Positions 1 to 9,123 of a stretch of DNA of 37,041 nucleotides are shown piece after piece (the first letter of the stretch is position 1; each line of letters begins with the position of its first letter). The translations under genes were made by a program, and so were the position numbers. The notes beneath the pieces are model-generated. The model was not told where the DNA came from and made no database searches. It was given only the letters and a program-made list of their open reading frames with translations. Location of the stretch: the IMG/VR virus record IMGVR_UViG_3300045988_137870; one strand, 5' to 3'. The DNA is from a virus.

Positions 1-55
1 TACATGAAGCATCCGTTCACCAACGAAGCAGAAAGAGATTTACAACAACCTACCA
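1..55. repeat. 55-bp terminal direct repeat, copy 1 (identical to 36987-37041)
   Basis: Exact match read by eye: tacatgaagcatccgttcaccaacgaagcagaaagagatttacaacaacctacca. Confidence 0.95.
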
Positions 56-81
56 CAGAAAAACATAGAAAGGAAAGAAAA

Positions 82-384
82 ATGGAGAGAAGAACGTACA
101 CCGTTTCAGAAACCGCTGAAATCTTGGGCGTATCAACGGATGTCGTCTACCGCATGAAAAATGACGGCATCCTTCCGGCGGTAAAAAATCTATCGGCCAT
201 CCGTTTTCTAAAGCGGGATGTGCTGGCGATGGTCGGTGAGAAGCCTGACGATTTCCGCCCGTCTGCATTCCGAAGACTGCAGAGTGAACTATCTCTTGCG
301 AAACAGGAGAATGAACGCTTGCGGGGGGTTATCCGCCAGATTTGTATAGCTGCCAATACGGCGGCAGTGCAGGAGAGATTATGA
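82..384 (+). CDS. Excisionase-family (MerR-like/HTH_17-type) DNA-binding protein; possible Xis or early regulator
   Basis: The internal ATG at 82 follows a purine-rich SD (aaaggaaag). It carries the motif YTVSETAEILGVSTDVVYRMKNDGILPAVK and a C-terminal heptad region. The longer form starting at 4 has no SD. Confidence 0.6.
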   Translation: MERRTYTVSETAEILGVSTDVVYRMKNDGILPAVKNLSAIRFLKRDVLAMVGEKPDDFRPSAFRRLQSELSLAKQENERLRGVIRQICIAANTAAVQERL

Positions 385-680
385 ACAGGCCGTTGATTTT
401 TACGACAGCTCTCATGTCGGCAGCATTGGTAGCCGGTGTTGCGGTGGACGCAGACAATCTTTATCACCGGTTCTTTCCAGAAACAAAGATTGTCGAATAC
501 AGGAGAGAGGTAAGACCAGGAGATACCCTCTGGGATATCTGCGGCGAGATAGCGGCCGACAAAGAAGATTTGCGGAAACTGGTTTATCAGGCGAAAAAAG
601 ACAACAGAATCCGAGACGTCGGCAATCTGCAGCCGGGAACACTTGTCATTGTAAGAGTTGAGGAGGCGCGGAATGGATGA
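381..680 (+). CDS. Membrane-anchored LysM-like domain protein
   Basis: The ATG at 381 overlaps the upstream stop (ATGA) and follows a GGAGAG SD. It has an N-terminal hydrophobic helix (LIFTTALMSAALVAGVAV) and a LysM-like segment (GDTLWDICGEI...LQPGTLVIV). Confidence 0.55.
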   Translation: MNRPLIFTTALMSAALVAGVAVDADNLYHRFFPETKIVEYRREVRPGDTLWDICGEIAADKEDLRKLVYQAKKDNRIRDVGNLQPGTLVIVRVEEARNG

Positions 681-834
681 CAGACAATTTACCGTAACAC
701 TGGCTAAAGAAGATTGGAACATAGTGCTGAAGATATTAGAAATATGTAAAGAAACATACCGGTATTTGTGGGGACACGAAATCGAATGCATTATCCGCGA
801 AATAAAGTCAGATTTAGACAGTCAAGGTTTTTAA
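673..834 (+). CDS. Hypothetical small early protein (53 aa, below ORF-track cutoff)
   Basis: The ATG at 673 follows a GAGGAGG SD (659-665) and overlaps the upstream stop. Translation: MDDRQFTVTLAKEDWNIVLKILEICKETYRYLWGHEIECIIREIKSDLDSQGF. Confidence 0.45.
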   Translation: MDDRQFTVTLAKEDWNIVLKILEICKETYRYLWGHEIECIIREIKSDLDSQGF

Positions 835-853
835 AAGTAAAGGAGGCGAGAAA

Positions 854-1045
854 ATGACTGACGCGGAAAAGCTTGCAGAGCTAAAGGAATGGGCGAGATC
901 TTTTCGTAGCCGTTGTACTCAAGATGTCAACCATTGGGAAAAACTAAATGAAAATAAATTAGAACTCAAAGCCTTTGGAATGGTACAAGCAATGGATGTT
1001 GTAATGAATAAGATTGAAGAATTAGACAATGAAAAAGCCGACTGA
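854..1045 (+). CDS. Hypothetical early protein (63 aa)
   Basis: There is an AAGGAGG SD upstream of the ATG at 854. The ORF is co-oriented and tightly packed with its neighbours. Confidence 0.6.
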   Translation: MTDAEKLAELKEWARSFRSRCTQDVNHWEKLNENKLELKAFGMVQAMDVVMNKIEELDNEKAD

Positions 1046-1125
1046 TGTTCGCAGCATCAATCGGCAGGCGGAAAATATGGGTAAATTTCCGCCTCTATTG
1101 TAACAAAAACAGGAGGATTACACAA

Positions 1126-1326
1126 ATGGACGAAGAATTACAAAAAGTAACAAATGAGTTATGTGATTTTTTAAGACCGGTGAACATAAAGCTTGAAAAA
1201 TGGATAGTAGAAAACAAAAAAGGGCTTATTGCATCTAACGGAAAACCGACACATCTTGGACTATTAGTCGGAAATGCTTATGCGGTTTATATCCTTATTG
1301 ATGATCTGCTGAACAACGCTGATTGA
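1126..1326 (+). CDS. Hypothetical early protein (66 aa)
   Basis: The internal ATG at 1126 follows an AGGAGGA SD. The 5' extension to 1045 lacks an SD. Confidence 0.55.
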   Translation: MDEELQKVTNELCDFLRPVNIKLEKWIVENKKGLIASNGKPTHLGLLVGNAYAVYILIDDLLNNAD

Positions 1327-1343
1327 TTAATTGAGGTAAAAGC

Positions 1344-1538
1344 ATGGAATGTGAAGTATTTAATACCTTGAAAGTGGGAGCAAAAATCAGTGAGCCAAGA
1401 GGGCGTGAAGCTCCGCCAATCAAGGGGATATTGGCGGATAAGGTCGGAGAAACGGCCTTGATGAGAACGGGGTATACTCCCGGAGGGAAACCAATTCTGC
1501 GCTGGGCACATTATACAAAATTAAAAAAGGAGATATAG
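1344..1538 (+). CDS. Hypothetical early protein (64 aa)
   Basis: There is a GAGG SD 7 nt upstream. The ORF is tightly packed before the DUF1351-like gene. Confidence 0.5.
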   Translation: MECEVFNTLKVGAKISEPRGREAPPIKGILADKVGETALMRTGYTPGGKPILRWAHYTKLKKEI

Positions 1539-1540
1539 CA

Positions 1541-2500
1541 ATGGATACAAAAACAATAGATACTGAAGCGAAAATAACAGATATTCAAATTATAGAACCG
1601 CAGATTCTTTCCGCGGATCTCAATGTAACGACTAATTTTGAAGATGTAAAGAAGAATTTGCAGATAATTACGGAAAAATACATAGGACTGGTTGTCACCG
1701 ACCAAAACCAAAAGGATATGGAGAAGACACTCCGAGAGGTGGTGTCTCTCCGGACAAGTATTCAGAAGTTTGAAGTCAACGGAAAACGGAAGCTCCGCAA
1801 GCCTGTTGATCAATTCGCGGACGCCTGTAAGGAACTTTTAAAGATCGTGAATGAAGCGGAACGACCACTGCGGGAACAGCTTGACGCTTACGAAGCAAGA
1901 CGACAGGAAAGCGTAACAAAAGTTATCTTACACAAATATGAAGAAATGGCACTTGATGCAGGAATCCGTGAAGAGTTCCGCTCTTGTGATATTCTGTCCA
2001 AATGGATGAATAAGACAGCAAAACTGAAGGATACCTACGAAGATATCGCGCGCTTAGTATCCGAACAGACAGCCATGCAGAAACAGCATGATGATCTCAA
2101 AGAACTCCGCAATTCCCGCCGTGAGCTGGCACTTCTACAGATAGAGAAAGCCAATAGAGACTATGCTTTGGCGACGCCCATTACGGAAGATTTCCTGACA
2201 GACGAGCTGCTGGACACATCAGCCGAAATCATTAAAAACACAATCAATGAGGAAGCGCTGCGTCGCCATGAGATGGATGAGAATGCAAGGCAGGTATCCT
2301 CGCCCGCTGTTTCAGCTCCACCGCCGGCGGCCAAGCCTCCTGTGGTACCAATACCGCAGGTTGAGCCCGGTGTGTCATGGCCTAAGGTAATGACGGTCAC
2401 AATCACACTTAACAGTTCATTTGACTATCAGGCAGTAGAAAACGCATTAAGCAGTCTTCCGCCGCAGATTCGATGGAATTCCGATATAAAGGAGATGTAA
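1541..2500 (+). CDS. DUF1351-like phage protein (typically precedes Sak4-type ATPase/SSB recombination genes)
   Basis: It has an AAGGAGA SD. The N-terminal region resembles DUF1351 proteins of Firmicutes siphophages and myophages. It has a Pro/Ala-rich linker and the usual synteny with an ATPase and SSB. Confidence 0.55.
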   Translation: MDTKTIDTEAKITDIQIIEPQILSADLNVTTNFEDVKKNLQIITEKYIGLVVTDQNQKDMEKTLREVVSLRTSIQKFEVNGKRKLRKPVDQFADACKELLKIVNEAERPLREQLDAYEARRQESVTKVILHKYEEMALDAGIREEFRSCDILSKWMNKTAKLKDTYEDIARLVSEQTAMQKQHDDLKELRNSRRELALLQIEKANRDYALATPITEDFLTDELLDTSAEIIKNTINEEALRRHEMDENARQVSSPAVSAPPPAAKPPVVPIPQVEPGVSWPKVMTVTITLNSSFDYQAVENALSSLPPQIRWNSDIKEM

Positions 2501-2502
2501 CT

Positions 2503-3543
2503 ATGGCGATTGAATTTAAAAAAGCACATCGATCCAAAGCCAAGCTCAGGCTGGCTATTGCGGGTCCGTCAGGAGCGGGGAAAACGTATTCGGCGCTCCT
2601 CATTGCATCAGGTATTGTTCCTTTGGAAAAGGTGGCAGTGATTGACACAGAATCAGGATCTGCAGATTTGTATGCAGATTTAGGCGGATATTCAACGGTG
2701 ACGATTAATCCGCCGTATAGCCCTCAGAAATATATTGAAGCAATCCACGCGGCAGAAGCGGCAGGATTCGAATTAATTATTATTGACAGCCTGTCACATG
2801 CATGGAGCGGAGAAGGGGGGCTGCTTGACCAGCAGGGGAAAGCGGCAGACAGCAAGTACAGAGGAAACAGCTGGGCGGCATGGCGTGAAATTACGCCGCT
2901 TCACAACCAGCTGGTAGAGACCATGCTGCATACGCCACTCCACGTCATTGTCACAATGAGAAGCAAGACGGAATATATACAGACCGATGTAAATGGAAGA
3001 AAACAGATCCAGAAGGTCGGCATGGCACCTATTCAGCGTGACGGTATTGAGTACGAATTTACCACTGTCTTTGATTTATCGCAGAACCATACGGCTACGG
3101 TCAGTAAAGATAGGACAAAGCTGTTCGATGGGCAGTATTTTACGCCTACGGCTGATTGCGGCAAGGCGCTCCTGCAATGGCTTAATGCAGGTGCTCCGGT
3201 TACGGAATCCGCGCCTGTTATCCGTCAGGCCGCAACGCCGACAGTTAATCAAATTCCTGTAAACGCTGCTGCCGGCAAACCACAAGACAAAACACACCGC
3301 CAGCGTTTGGAGCGAATTTGGGCACAGATCGGCTGGGACAAAACACAGCCGCTGGACACTTATATGACTGCCCGGATGCAGGGACAGCGCGGAGCTGCGG
3401 CGACAGTCAACGACGCGACAGACGCCGACTGGCTTGCTGTGGACAGAGAGATTACAAAATACCTGATTGAGCAGGGACAGGCAAAAATTGCGGAACCTCT
3501 TACCGGCGAACCGCTTTTAAATGATACAGATGTCCCATTTTAA
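2503..3543 (+). CDS. Sak4-like RecA-fold AAA ATPase (ssDNA annealing/recombination) with long C-terminal extension ending ...NDTDVPF
   Basis: The ATG at 2503 follows an AAGGAGA SD. Motifs are Walker A (IAGPSGAGKTYSA) and Walker B (LIIIDSLSH). It is syntenic with SSB. Confidence 0.7.
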   Translation: MAIEFKKAHRSKAKLRLAIAGPSGAGKTYSALLIASGIVPLEKVAVIDTESGSADLYADLGGYSTVTINPPYSPQKYIEAIHAAEAAGFELIIIDSLSHAWSGEGGLLDQQGKAADSKYRGNSWAAWREITPLHNQLVETMLHTPLHVIVTMRSKTEYIQTDVNGRKQIQKVGMAPIQRDGIEYEFTTVFDLSQNHTATVSKDRTKLFDGQYFTPTADCGKALLQWLNAGAPVTESAPVIRQAATPTVNQIPVNAAAGKPQDKTHRQRLERIWAQIGWDKTQPLDTYMTARMQGQRGAAATVNDATDADWLAVDREITKYLIEQGQAKIAEPLTGEPLLNDTDVPF

Positions 3544-3561
3544 AAATAAAGGAGAATGACT

Positions 3562-4059
3562 ATGATTTCAGCTACACTTTACGGAAGAATTGCGAGAGAA
3601 CCGGAGCTGGTACAGCCGATGACGGGCAGAGACGCTTATGTGCGGTTTTCTATGGCGGTAGAAACAGGGCGTAAGGACGAAAACGGCAACCGAATTGCAC
3701 AGTTTGTCAGTATTTCTGTATTCGGAAAACAGGGAGATACAATCCTCCAGTATTTTCATAAGGGCAATCGCATCGCATGCCATGTGCGGAATCTGGAAGC
3801 CCGTGCTTATACTGACAAAGCCAACCAGCCACAGGCAAGTCTCAATGCGATACTGACTGGAGTAGAATTTGTCGAAACGAAGGCAGAACAGGAACAATCG
3901 GCGCCGCAACCTGCTGCCGTTCCGCAGATGGGGACGGCGGCGGGCTATTCTGCCCCGCGGCAGCCGGCAGCTGCTGTACCGCCTGTACAGACAGCAGCAC
4001 CACAGACGCTGCCGGGCATGAATATTGCTGTTCCGGGCACCGCTCCGTGGGAGGCCTAA
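3562..4059 (+). CDS. ssb: Single-stranded DNA-binding protein (OB fold plus Pro/Ala/Gln-rich tail, non-canonical C-terminal tip)
   Basis: The second ATG (3562) is better spaced from the AAGGAGA SD. The N-terminus (LYGRIAREPEL...RFSMAV...FVSISVFGKQ) is OB-fold SSB-like. The tail is disordered. Confidence 0.8.
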   Translation: MISATLYGRIAREPELVQPMTGRDAYVRFSMAVETGRKDENGNRIAQFVSISVFGKQGDTILQYFHKGNRIACHVRNLEARAYTDKANQPQASLNAILTGVEFVETKAEQEQSAPQPAAVPQMGTAAGYSAPRQPAAAVPPVQTAAPQTLPGMNIAVPGTAPWEA

Positions 4060-4063
4060 TACT

Positions 4064-5446
4064 ATGTTTAATCTGCGGAGTTACCAGACGGATCTGATCA
4101 GCCGGATTGCCGCAGATTTTTCTTCGGGCATTCAGCGTGTCTGTGCCGTCGCCCCATGCGGGGCAGGAAAAACTGTTGTAGTTGGCTGGATGGCGGGAAA
4201 AACGGCACTGGTTAATAAACGGGTACTGTTCCTAGTTCACCGCCGGGAACTCATCGACCAGTCTGACCACACTTTTACAGCAATGAATATCCGGCACGGT
4301 ATCATTTCTGCCGGTGTACCTGCTGATTATGAGTCATCCGTGCAGATTGGTTCCGTCCAAACGGTGGCGCGACGGCTTTCCCGTATTCCGCCGCCTGATT
4401 TCATCATTATTGATGAAGCGCACCATGCGACAGCGGGGACGTGGAAGAAAATCATGGAGGCATTCCCTCAGGCGATGACGCTTGGTGTGACGGCTACGCC
4501 TGCAAGGCTTGACGGCAACGGACTGGGGGATATTTTCCAGTCTCTTGTTATGGGGCCGTCTGTAGATGAGCTGATCCAATGGGGGAATCTGTCCAAATAT
4601 AACTATTATGCGCCGCCATCCAAGGCTGACGTTAAATCAGTACGTATCCAATTCGGAGATTATGTGAAGTCTGAATTGGAACGTGCTGTAGATGACGACG
4701 CTCTTGTGGGGGATATTGTTTCCAATTACCAAAAGCTGGCAGACGGCCGGCAGACGGTCTGTTACTGCGTGTCTCGTAAGCACAGTGAGCACACGGCGGC
4801 AAAATTCCGGGCGGCCGGGATATCCGCAGCCCATGTGGACGGAGAAACACACAAGGCGGAAAGGGACAGGATTATTTCCGATTTCCGCCGCAAAAAACTC
4901 CGTGTTCTATGCAATGTGGATCTTTTGGGAGAAGGGTTTGATGTGCCGGGAATGGAAGCGGTGATTCTGGCGCGGCCGACAGCGTCCCTGACACTGTTTA
5001 TCCAGCAGTCTATGCGTCCGCTTCGTCCCGATCCTGATAATCCTTCCAAGGTGGCCGTTATTATTGACCATGTTGGAAACTGTTTCCGTCATGGCCTTCC
5101 TAATGCGCCGCAGGAATGGACGCTGGACAGTAAACCTAAAAAGAAACGGATACGGGAAATATCTATGCATCAGTGTCCGAAATGTTATCAGGTGTGGATG
5201 ACGGCACAGCGTACCTGTCCTTACTGCGGATATGTGCCGCCTGTGGCCGAGAGGGAAGTAAAAGAAGAAGCGGGAACGCTGGCGAAAATTGACAGCCTGG
5301 AACTGCTGGAGAAAAAGCGGAAGCATCAAGAAGTCGGACGGGCCAGAAGCCGGCAGGATTTGGAAGATATCGCTCTCCGGCGGGGCTATAAATTTGGCTG
5401 GGTACGAAAGATGATGGAAATCAAAGGGATCCGGCAATCCATTTAG
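4064..5446 (+). CDS. SF2 DEAD/DEAH-box helicase with C-terminal CxxC...CxxC zinc ribbon
   Basis: Motifs are LRSYQ, Walker A (APCGAGKT), the DEAH box (IIDEAHH), helicase-C motifs, and CPKCYQ...CPYCGY. Confidence 0.8.
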   Translation: MFNLRSYQTDLISRIAADFSSGIQRVCAVAPCGAGKTVVVGWMAGKTALVNKRVLFLVHRRELIDQSDHTFTAMNIRHGIISAGVPADYESSVQIGSVQTVARRLSRIPPPDFIIIDEAHHATAGTWKKIMEAFPQAMTLGVTATPARLDGNGLGDIFQSLVMGPSVDELIQWGNLSKYNYYAPPSKADVKSVRIQFGDYVKSELERAVDDDALVGDIVSNYQKLADGRQTVCYCVSRKHSEHTAAKFRAAGISAAHVDGETHKAERDRIISDFRRKKLRVLCNVDLLGEGFDVPGMEAVILARPTASLTLFIQQSMRPLRPDPDNPSKVAVIIDHVGNCFRHGLPNAPQEWTLDSKPKKKRIREISMHQCPKCYQVWMTAQRTCPYCGYVPPVAEREVKEEAGTLAKIDSLELLEKKRKHQEVGRARSRQDLEDIALRRGYKFGWVRKMMEIKGIRQSI

Positions 5447-5467
5447 TTTCAATAAATAGAGGTGATT

Positions 5468-5863
5468 ATGATGACTGAGCATGAATTACAAAATTTAATT
5501 CGTTTACATATATCAGAAAACAAGCTGGGAACTATGTTTCGCGCTAATGTAGGCAGCGGATGGACGGGAACTGTACATAAAAGCAGCGCAAGATCAGTAA
5601 CAATTTACGGAGCCCGGAGATTTTCTACGGGTCTACCGGCGGGGTTCCCTGATTTATTTGGGTTCCGTACAATCACTATTACCCCGAATATGGTCGGGAA
5701 GGAAATGGCAGTCTTTTGCGGAATTGAAATCAAGAAACCGGACGGAAAGGTACGCCCGGTACAGCAGAACATGCTTGACTATTTGCAGGAGCGGGGAGCC
5801 CGCGCGGGAATCGCCCGGTCCTGTGAAGATGCAGAACAGATTCTTTCCGGTAAACAGCTATGA
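5468..5863 (+). CDS. VRR-NUC domain nuclease
   Basis: GFPDLFGF...IEIKKPDGKVRPVQ matches the PD-(D/E)xK core of VRR-NUC. The start is ambiguous (GTG 5462, ATG 5468 or 5471). Confidence 0.65.
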   Translation: MMTEHELQNLIRLHISENKLGTMFRANVGSGWTGTVHKSSARSVTIYGARRFSTGLPAGFPDLFGFRTITITPNMVGKEMAVFCGIEIKKPDGKVRPVQQNMLDYLQERGARAGIARSCEDAEQILSGKQL

Positions 5864-8772
5864 CGGAACTTGATTTTTTCGAAGAGATATACAAAGGATG
5901 CCATGGATATGTGTATCTTTGGACAAAACAGGACAAGGCAACTCATTCATACCTGTTGGAACCCGAAGTCTCTAAAAAAATATGGAATATGGCGCGAATG
6001 CTTTCCGGCATGCGGAAGGATGTCTATTTTTCTTTGGGGACAACGGCTGATCCTCTTCCTGCTGATCTTCGCGCTAAGCAACAGAATGTTACATCTATTG
6101 CCTGCCTCTGGGTAGATATTGATATCGTGGACTCTGCGGCACATAAAGCAGGTAATCTTCCGAAATCCGTCGATGAAGCGATGGGATTATTACCGGAAAA
6201 GTATCCACCGTCTATCATTGTGTCTTCCGGGCACGGGCTTCATGCTTACTGGCTGCTTAAAGAACCCGTTATAATCAATGACGAAAATCGGGTGGAAGTC
6301 ATCAATACTGTCCGCAAGCTCCAGCAAATTATAAGGAATAATGCGGTGGCCAATGGATGGAAAATTGACGCGACGGCTGATTTATCACGTATCCTCAGGG
6401 TGCCTTATACGTGGAACTTTAAGGATCCTGAAAATCCGGTGCTTTGTGAAGTGATTGAATACGCGAATCTCCGTTACCGTTATAAAGATTTTTCCGGCTT
6501 ACAAGTTGAAACGTCTCGAACACTTTCTGACCGCAAGCAAGGATTTGAACGGCGCAAAACAGACGGCAACTCTTTCATGATGCTGTCCAATTGCAAATTT
6601 CTGCAGCATTGCGAACTGGATGCCGATACTATCACTTATGATGAATGGGTTGCAGCTCTTTCTAATCTAGCGAGAGCTTCTGACGGACCGGCAGCATGCC
6701 ATGAACTATCCAAAGCTGATCATAAACGATACAGCGCAGAAAAGACTGATGCCAAGATTACAGAAGTCCTTTCTAATATGAGTCCACGCACATGTGAGTA
6801 TATACAGAAAACGCTCGGATTTAAACACTGTGAAAACTGCCCTGTCAAATGTCCCTCCGGGTGGGCACTGGCCAATATACCCCGTGCCATGGCCACATTG
6901 CGGGCGGTGACGACGCCAAACCCTGAAACGGTTTTTACCCCTGAAGTTATTGGAGCGCTTGCTCTGCTTCAGAAAGAGGCGCCTTTGGAATTCCAGAAAC
7001 ATAAGGCAAGGTTTAAAGGACATATCAATCTTAACGACTTATCCAAAATCATTGCCGAGGAACGCCGGAAAAGCTTTCACGTTGAGTCCTCATCTACGGA
7101 AAGGATATCTACATCTCAAGGAACATCTAAAGCTCCTAAAACGACAAAATCACTCATTCCTGATTGTCCGATAGACCTTCGGATACCTGCAGGTTTTTCT
7201 GTGGACTCCACCGGTGTGTGTGAATACCGCGAGCGGATGGACGGGGATGTGATCAGGAATCCGGCATCGGGCGTTCCGGTAGTTCTGACGTCACGGCTGT
7301 ATAACATGGATACGGATACTGAAAAGGTCGAAATATGCTTCAAATATTATAACCAATGGCGCCGGACGGTACAGCCGCGGTCGACCGTATTTTCAAGCCG
7401 GAGCATCGTTAAGCTGTCTGACTGGGGACTTAATATTTCATCGGAAACGGCCAAGTACCTTGTGAAATACTTACAGCAAATGGAAGCCATGAACCAAGAC
7501 AGAATCCCTTTGTACTACAGCGTCTCCCGCCTGGGATGGCGTAAGCATTGTGAAGAATTTATCCTTCCGTCTAATACAGACTATCGGATTGAAATGGATG
7601 ACGAGGGGGATATTACGGAAGCCATGCAGGCGGCCGGAGAATTGTCACGCTGGTATCAGCTGGCCGGGGAAATCCGGAAGTATACCTTCGCCCGGTTCCT
7701 TATGGCAGCATCCTTCGCGGCGCCTCTACTGGGATTGTTCCGCCAGCGGAATTTCCTTCTGTATTTTTGGGGTACGTCCGGCGGTGGGAAGACGGCTGCC
7801 ATGAAAATGGCCATGAGCGTATGGGGGAATCCTGACCGGATGATGACCAGTTTCCTCACGACAAAGGCAGGACTAGAACGCCGCTTATCCCTGCTCTCTG
7901 ATTTTCCTGTTGCCATTAACGAGCGGCAGGTCGCAGGCCAGGGGCGTGACAAGCAGGATTATTTGGAATATGTGGTCTATATGCTGGAAGGCGGTAAAGG
8001 CAAGGGACGCGCCAGCAAGACGGGCCTGCAGAAGACTGCCTACTGGCGAACCGTCGGTATGGCCAACGGGGAAGAACCGCTTACCCGGGAAAATTCCGTC
8101 CGCGGCGTTAAGAACCGTATCCTTGAAATCAATACATATCCTGTTCTTCCGGATGGACTTGCCAAACAGGTTCATCAAATGGACAGTTATGGATTAGCGG
8201 GCTCCCTGTACATTAAAGCTCTGCTTGCAAACCGGCCAGTGGCTGGCGAGGTGTGGAACCGTATCCGGCAGGACCTGTCTGTGCGGTATGCCGATTACAG
8301 CCCTGTCCATATAGACGCTGTAGCGCTTATTACGACGGCTGACGTGCTTGCAGGAATGTGGTTGTGGCGTATGGATCTCCAGACAGCTTTATCACAGGCG
8401 GAGTATATGGGTGGAGAAGTATTTAAATCCCTTCCGACGATCCATGAAATTTCTGATACGGAACGTGCGTGGGATTTTGTCCAAAATTGGATGGCCGCCA
8501 ATACAGCCCATTTCGATAACGAAAGTTATAGCAGCATGCAGAAAACCGTTTCGCCCCTCTATGGGTTTATCCGGGGAGGAAAGACCCACGTATTCCCCAA
8601 CGCGTTGCGTGAGGCAATGGACAAGGAAGGTATCAGTTACGAAAAGATGATTAAAGAATTTGCCACGGAAAAGAAAATAGAAACGTCCACAGGCGCCGAT
8701 GGATGGGTAAGAAATTTGAATGTTGTGAAATACCAGGGAAAAGCATGCCGTGTTATTACAATACTTAATTAA
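5860..8772 (+). CDS. Bifunctional primase-polymerase (AEP prim-pol N-terminus) fused to a DUF927/SF3-type helicase
   Basis: The ATGA overlap suggests translational coupling. Motifs are WVDIDI and SSGHGLHAYW (prim-pol), a Cys-rich segment (HCENCPVKC), and Walker A (FWGTSGGGKTAA) in the C-terminal half. Confidence 0.75.
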   Translation: MTELDFFEEIYKGCHGYVYLWTKQDKATHSYLLEPEVSKKIWNMARMLSGMRKDVYFSLGTTADPLPADLRAKQQNVTSIACLWVDIDIVDSAAHKAGNLPKSVDEAMGLLPEKYPPSIIVSSGHGLHAYWLLKEPVIINDENRVEVINTVRKLQQIIRNNAVANGWKIDATADLSRILRVPYTWNFKDPENPVLCEVIEYANLRYRYKDFSGLQVETSRTLSDRKQGFERRKTDGNSFMMLSNCKFLQHCELDADTITYDEWVAALSNLARASDGPAACHELSKADHKRYSAEKTDAKITEVLSNMSPRTCEYIQKTLGFKHCENCPVKCPSGWALANIPRAMATLRAVTTPNPETVFTPEVIGALALLQKEAPLEFQKHKARFKGHINLNDLSKIIAEERRKSFHVESSSTERISTSQGTSKAPKTTKSLIPDCPIDLRIPAGFSVDSTGVCEYRERMDGDVIRNPASGVPVVLTSRLYNMDTDTEKVEICFKYYNQWRRTVQPRSTVFSSRSIVKLSDWGLNISSETAKYLVKYLQQMEAMNQDRIPLYYSVSRLGWRKHCEEFILPSNTDYRIEMDDEGDITEAMQAAGELSRWYQLAGEIRKYTFARFLMAASFAAPLLGLFRQRNFLLYFWGTSGGGKTAAMKMAMSVWGNPDRMMTSFLTTKAGLERRLSLLSDFPVAINERQVAGQGRDKQDYLEYVVYMLEGGKGKGRASKTGLQKTAYWRTVGMANGEEPLTRENSVRGVKNRILEINTYPVLPDGLAKQVHQMDSYGLAGSLYIKALLANRPVAGEVWNRIRQDLSVRYADYSPVHIDAVALITTADVLAGMWLWRMDLQTALSQAEYMGGEVFKSLPTIHEISDTERAWDFVQNWMAANTAHFDNESYSSMQKTVSPLYGFIRGGKTHVFPNALREAMDKEGISYEKMIKEFATEKKIETSTGADGWVRNLNVVKYQGKACRVITILN

Positions 8773-8777
8773 TTTCT

Positions 8778-9118
8778 GTTACACGGGCTACACGTAAGCT
8801 ACACGTAAATCCGAAAAACGTGTTACCCGATTTTTGCCAGTGATTATCGAAAGAAAAGAGGTATAGATATGTTAGGTTACACGTGTTACACGTTAAATAT
8901 ATATAGTTGGTTGAAATATACCTACCTACCCTAAGGTATAAGGATGGTATAAGGGGGGTCTATAAAAAACACATACCCTATTTGCGCCAACGTGTAACCT
9001 ATTGTTAACCGTATTGGGGCACTTGATTTTATCGGTGCTCCGAGAGACGGCTTGGGTCACACGTTAACGGGTAACCCATAAAAACAGTTCAAATGTTCGG
9101 TAGCAGAGAGGTGTAACG
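8778..9118. repeat. Iteron array, at least 9 copies of GTTACACG(T) in both orientations, plus an AT-rich tract; putative replication origin or regulatory hub
   Basis: Copies start near 8778, 8789, 8800, 8819(inv), 8876, 8885 (perfect tandem 9-mers), 8991(inv), 9056 and 9111(inv). GGTATAAGG occurs twice (8935, 8946). An AT-rich tract spans 8894-8920. There is no ORF of 60 aa or more. Confidence 0.6.
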
Positions 9119-9123
9119 TAACG

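Noticed and set aside
1-55. Terminal repeat as att site, cos end or biological DTR
   Set aside because: It lies inside or at the start of an ORF far from the integrase. Its length equals a typical assembler k-mer, and both copies are at the extreme contig ends. It is most simply a circular-assembly overlap.
147-791. 214-aa ORF on the - strand across the early region
   Set aside because: It is antisense to four tightly packed + strand genes that have SDs and recognisable HTH and LysM motifs. It has no SD and a low-complexity, odd composition.
8778-9118. Possibility that the repeated GTTACACG units form a CRISPR-like array or a MITE
   Set aside because: The repeats are only 8-9 bp, irregularly spaced and in mixed orientation. 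There are no flanking terminal inverted repeats or cas genes. They are better explained as protein-binding iterons.
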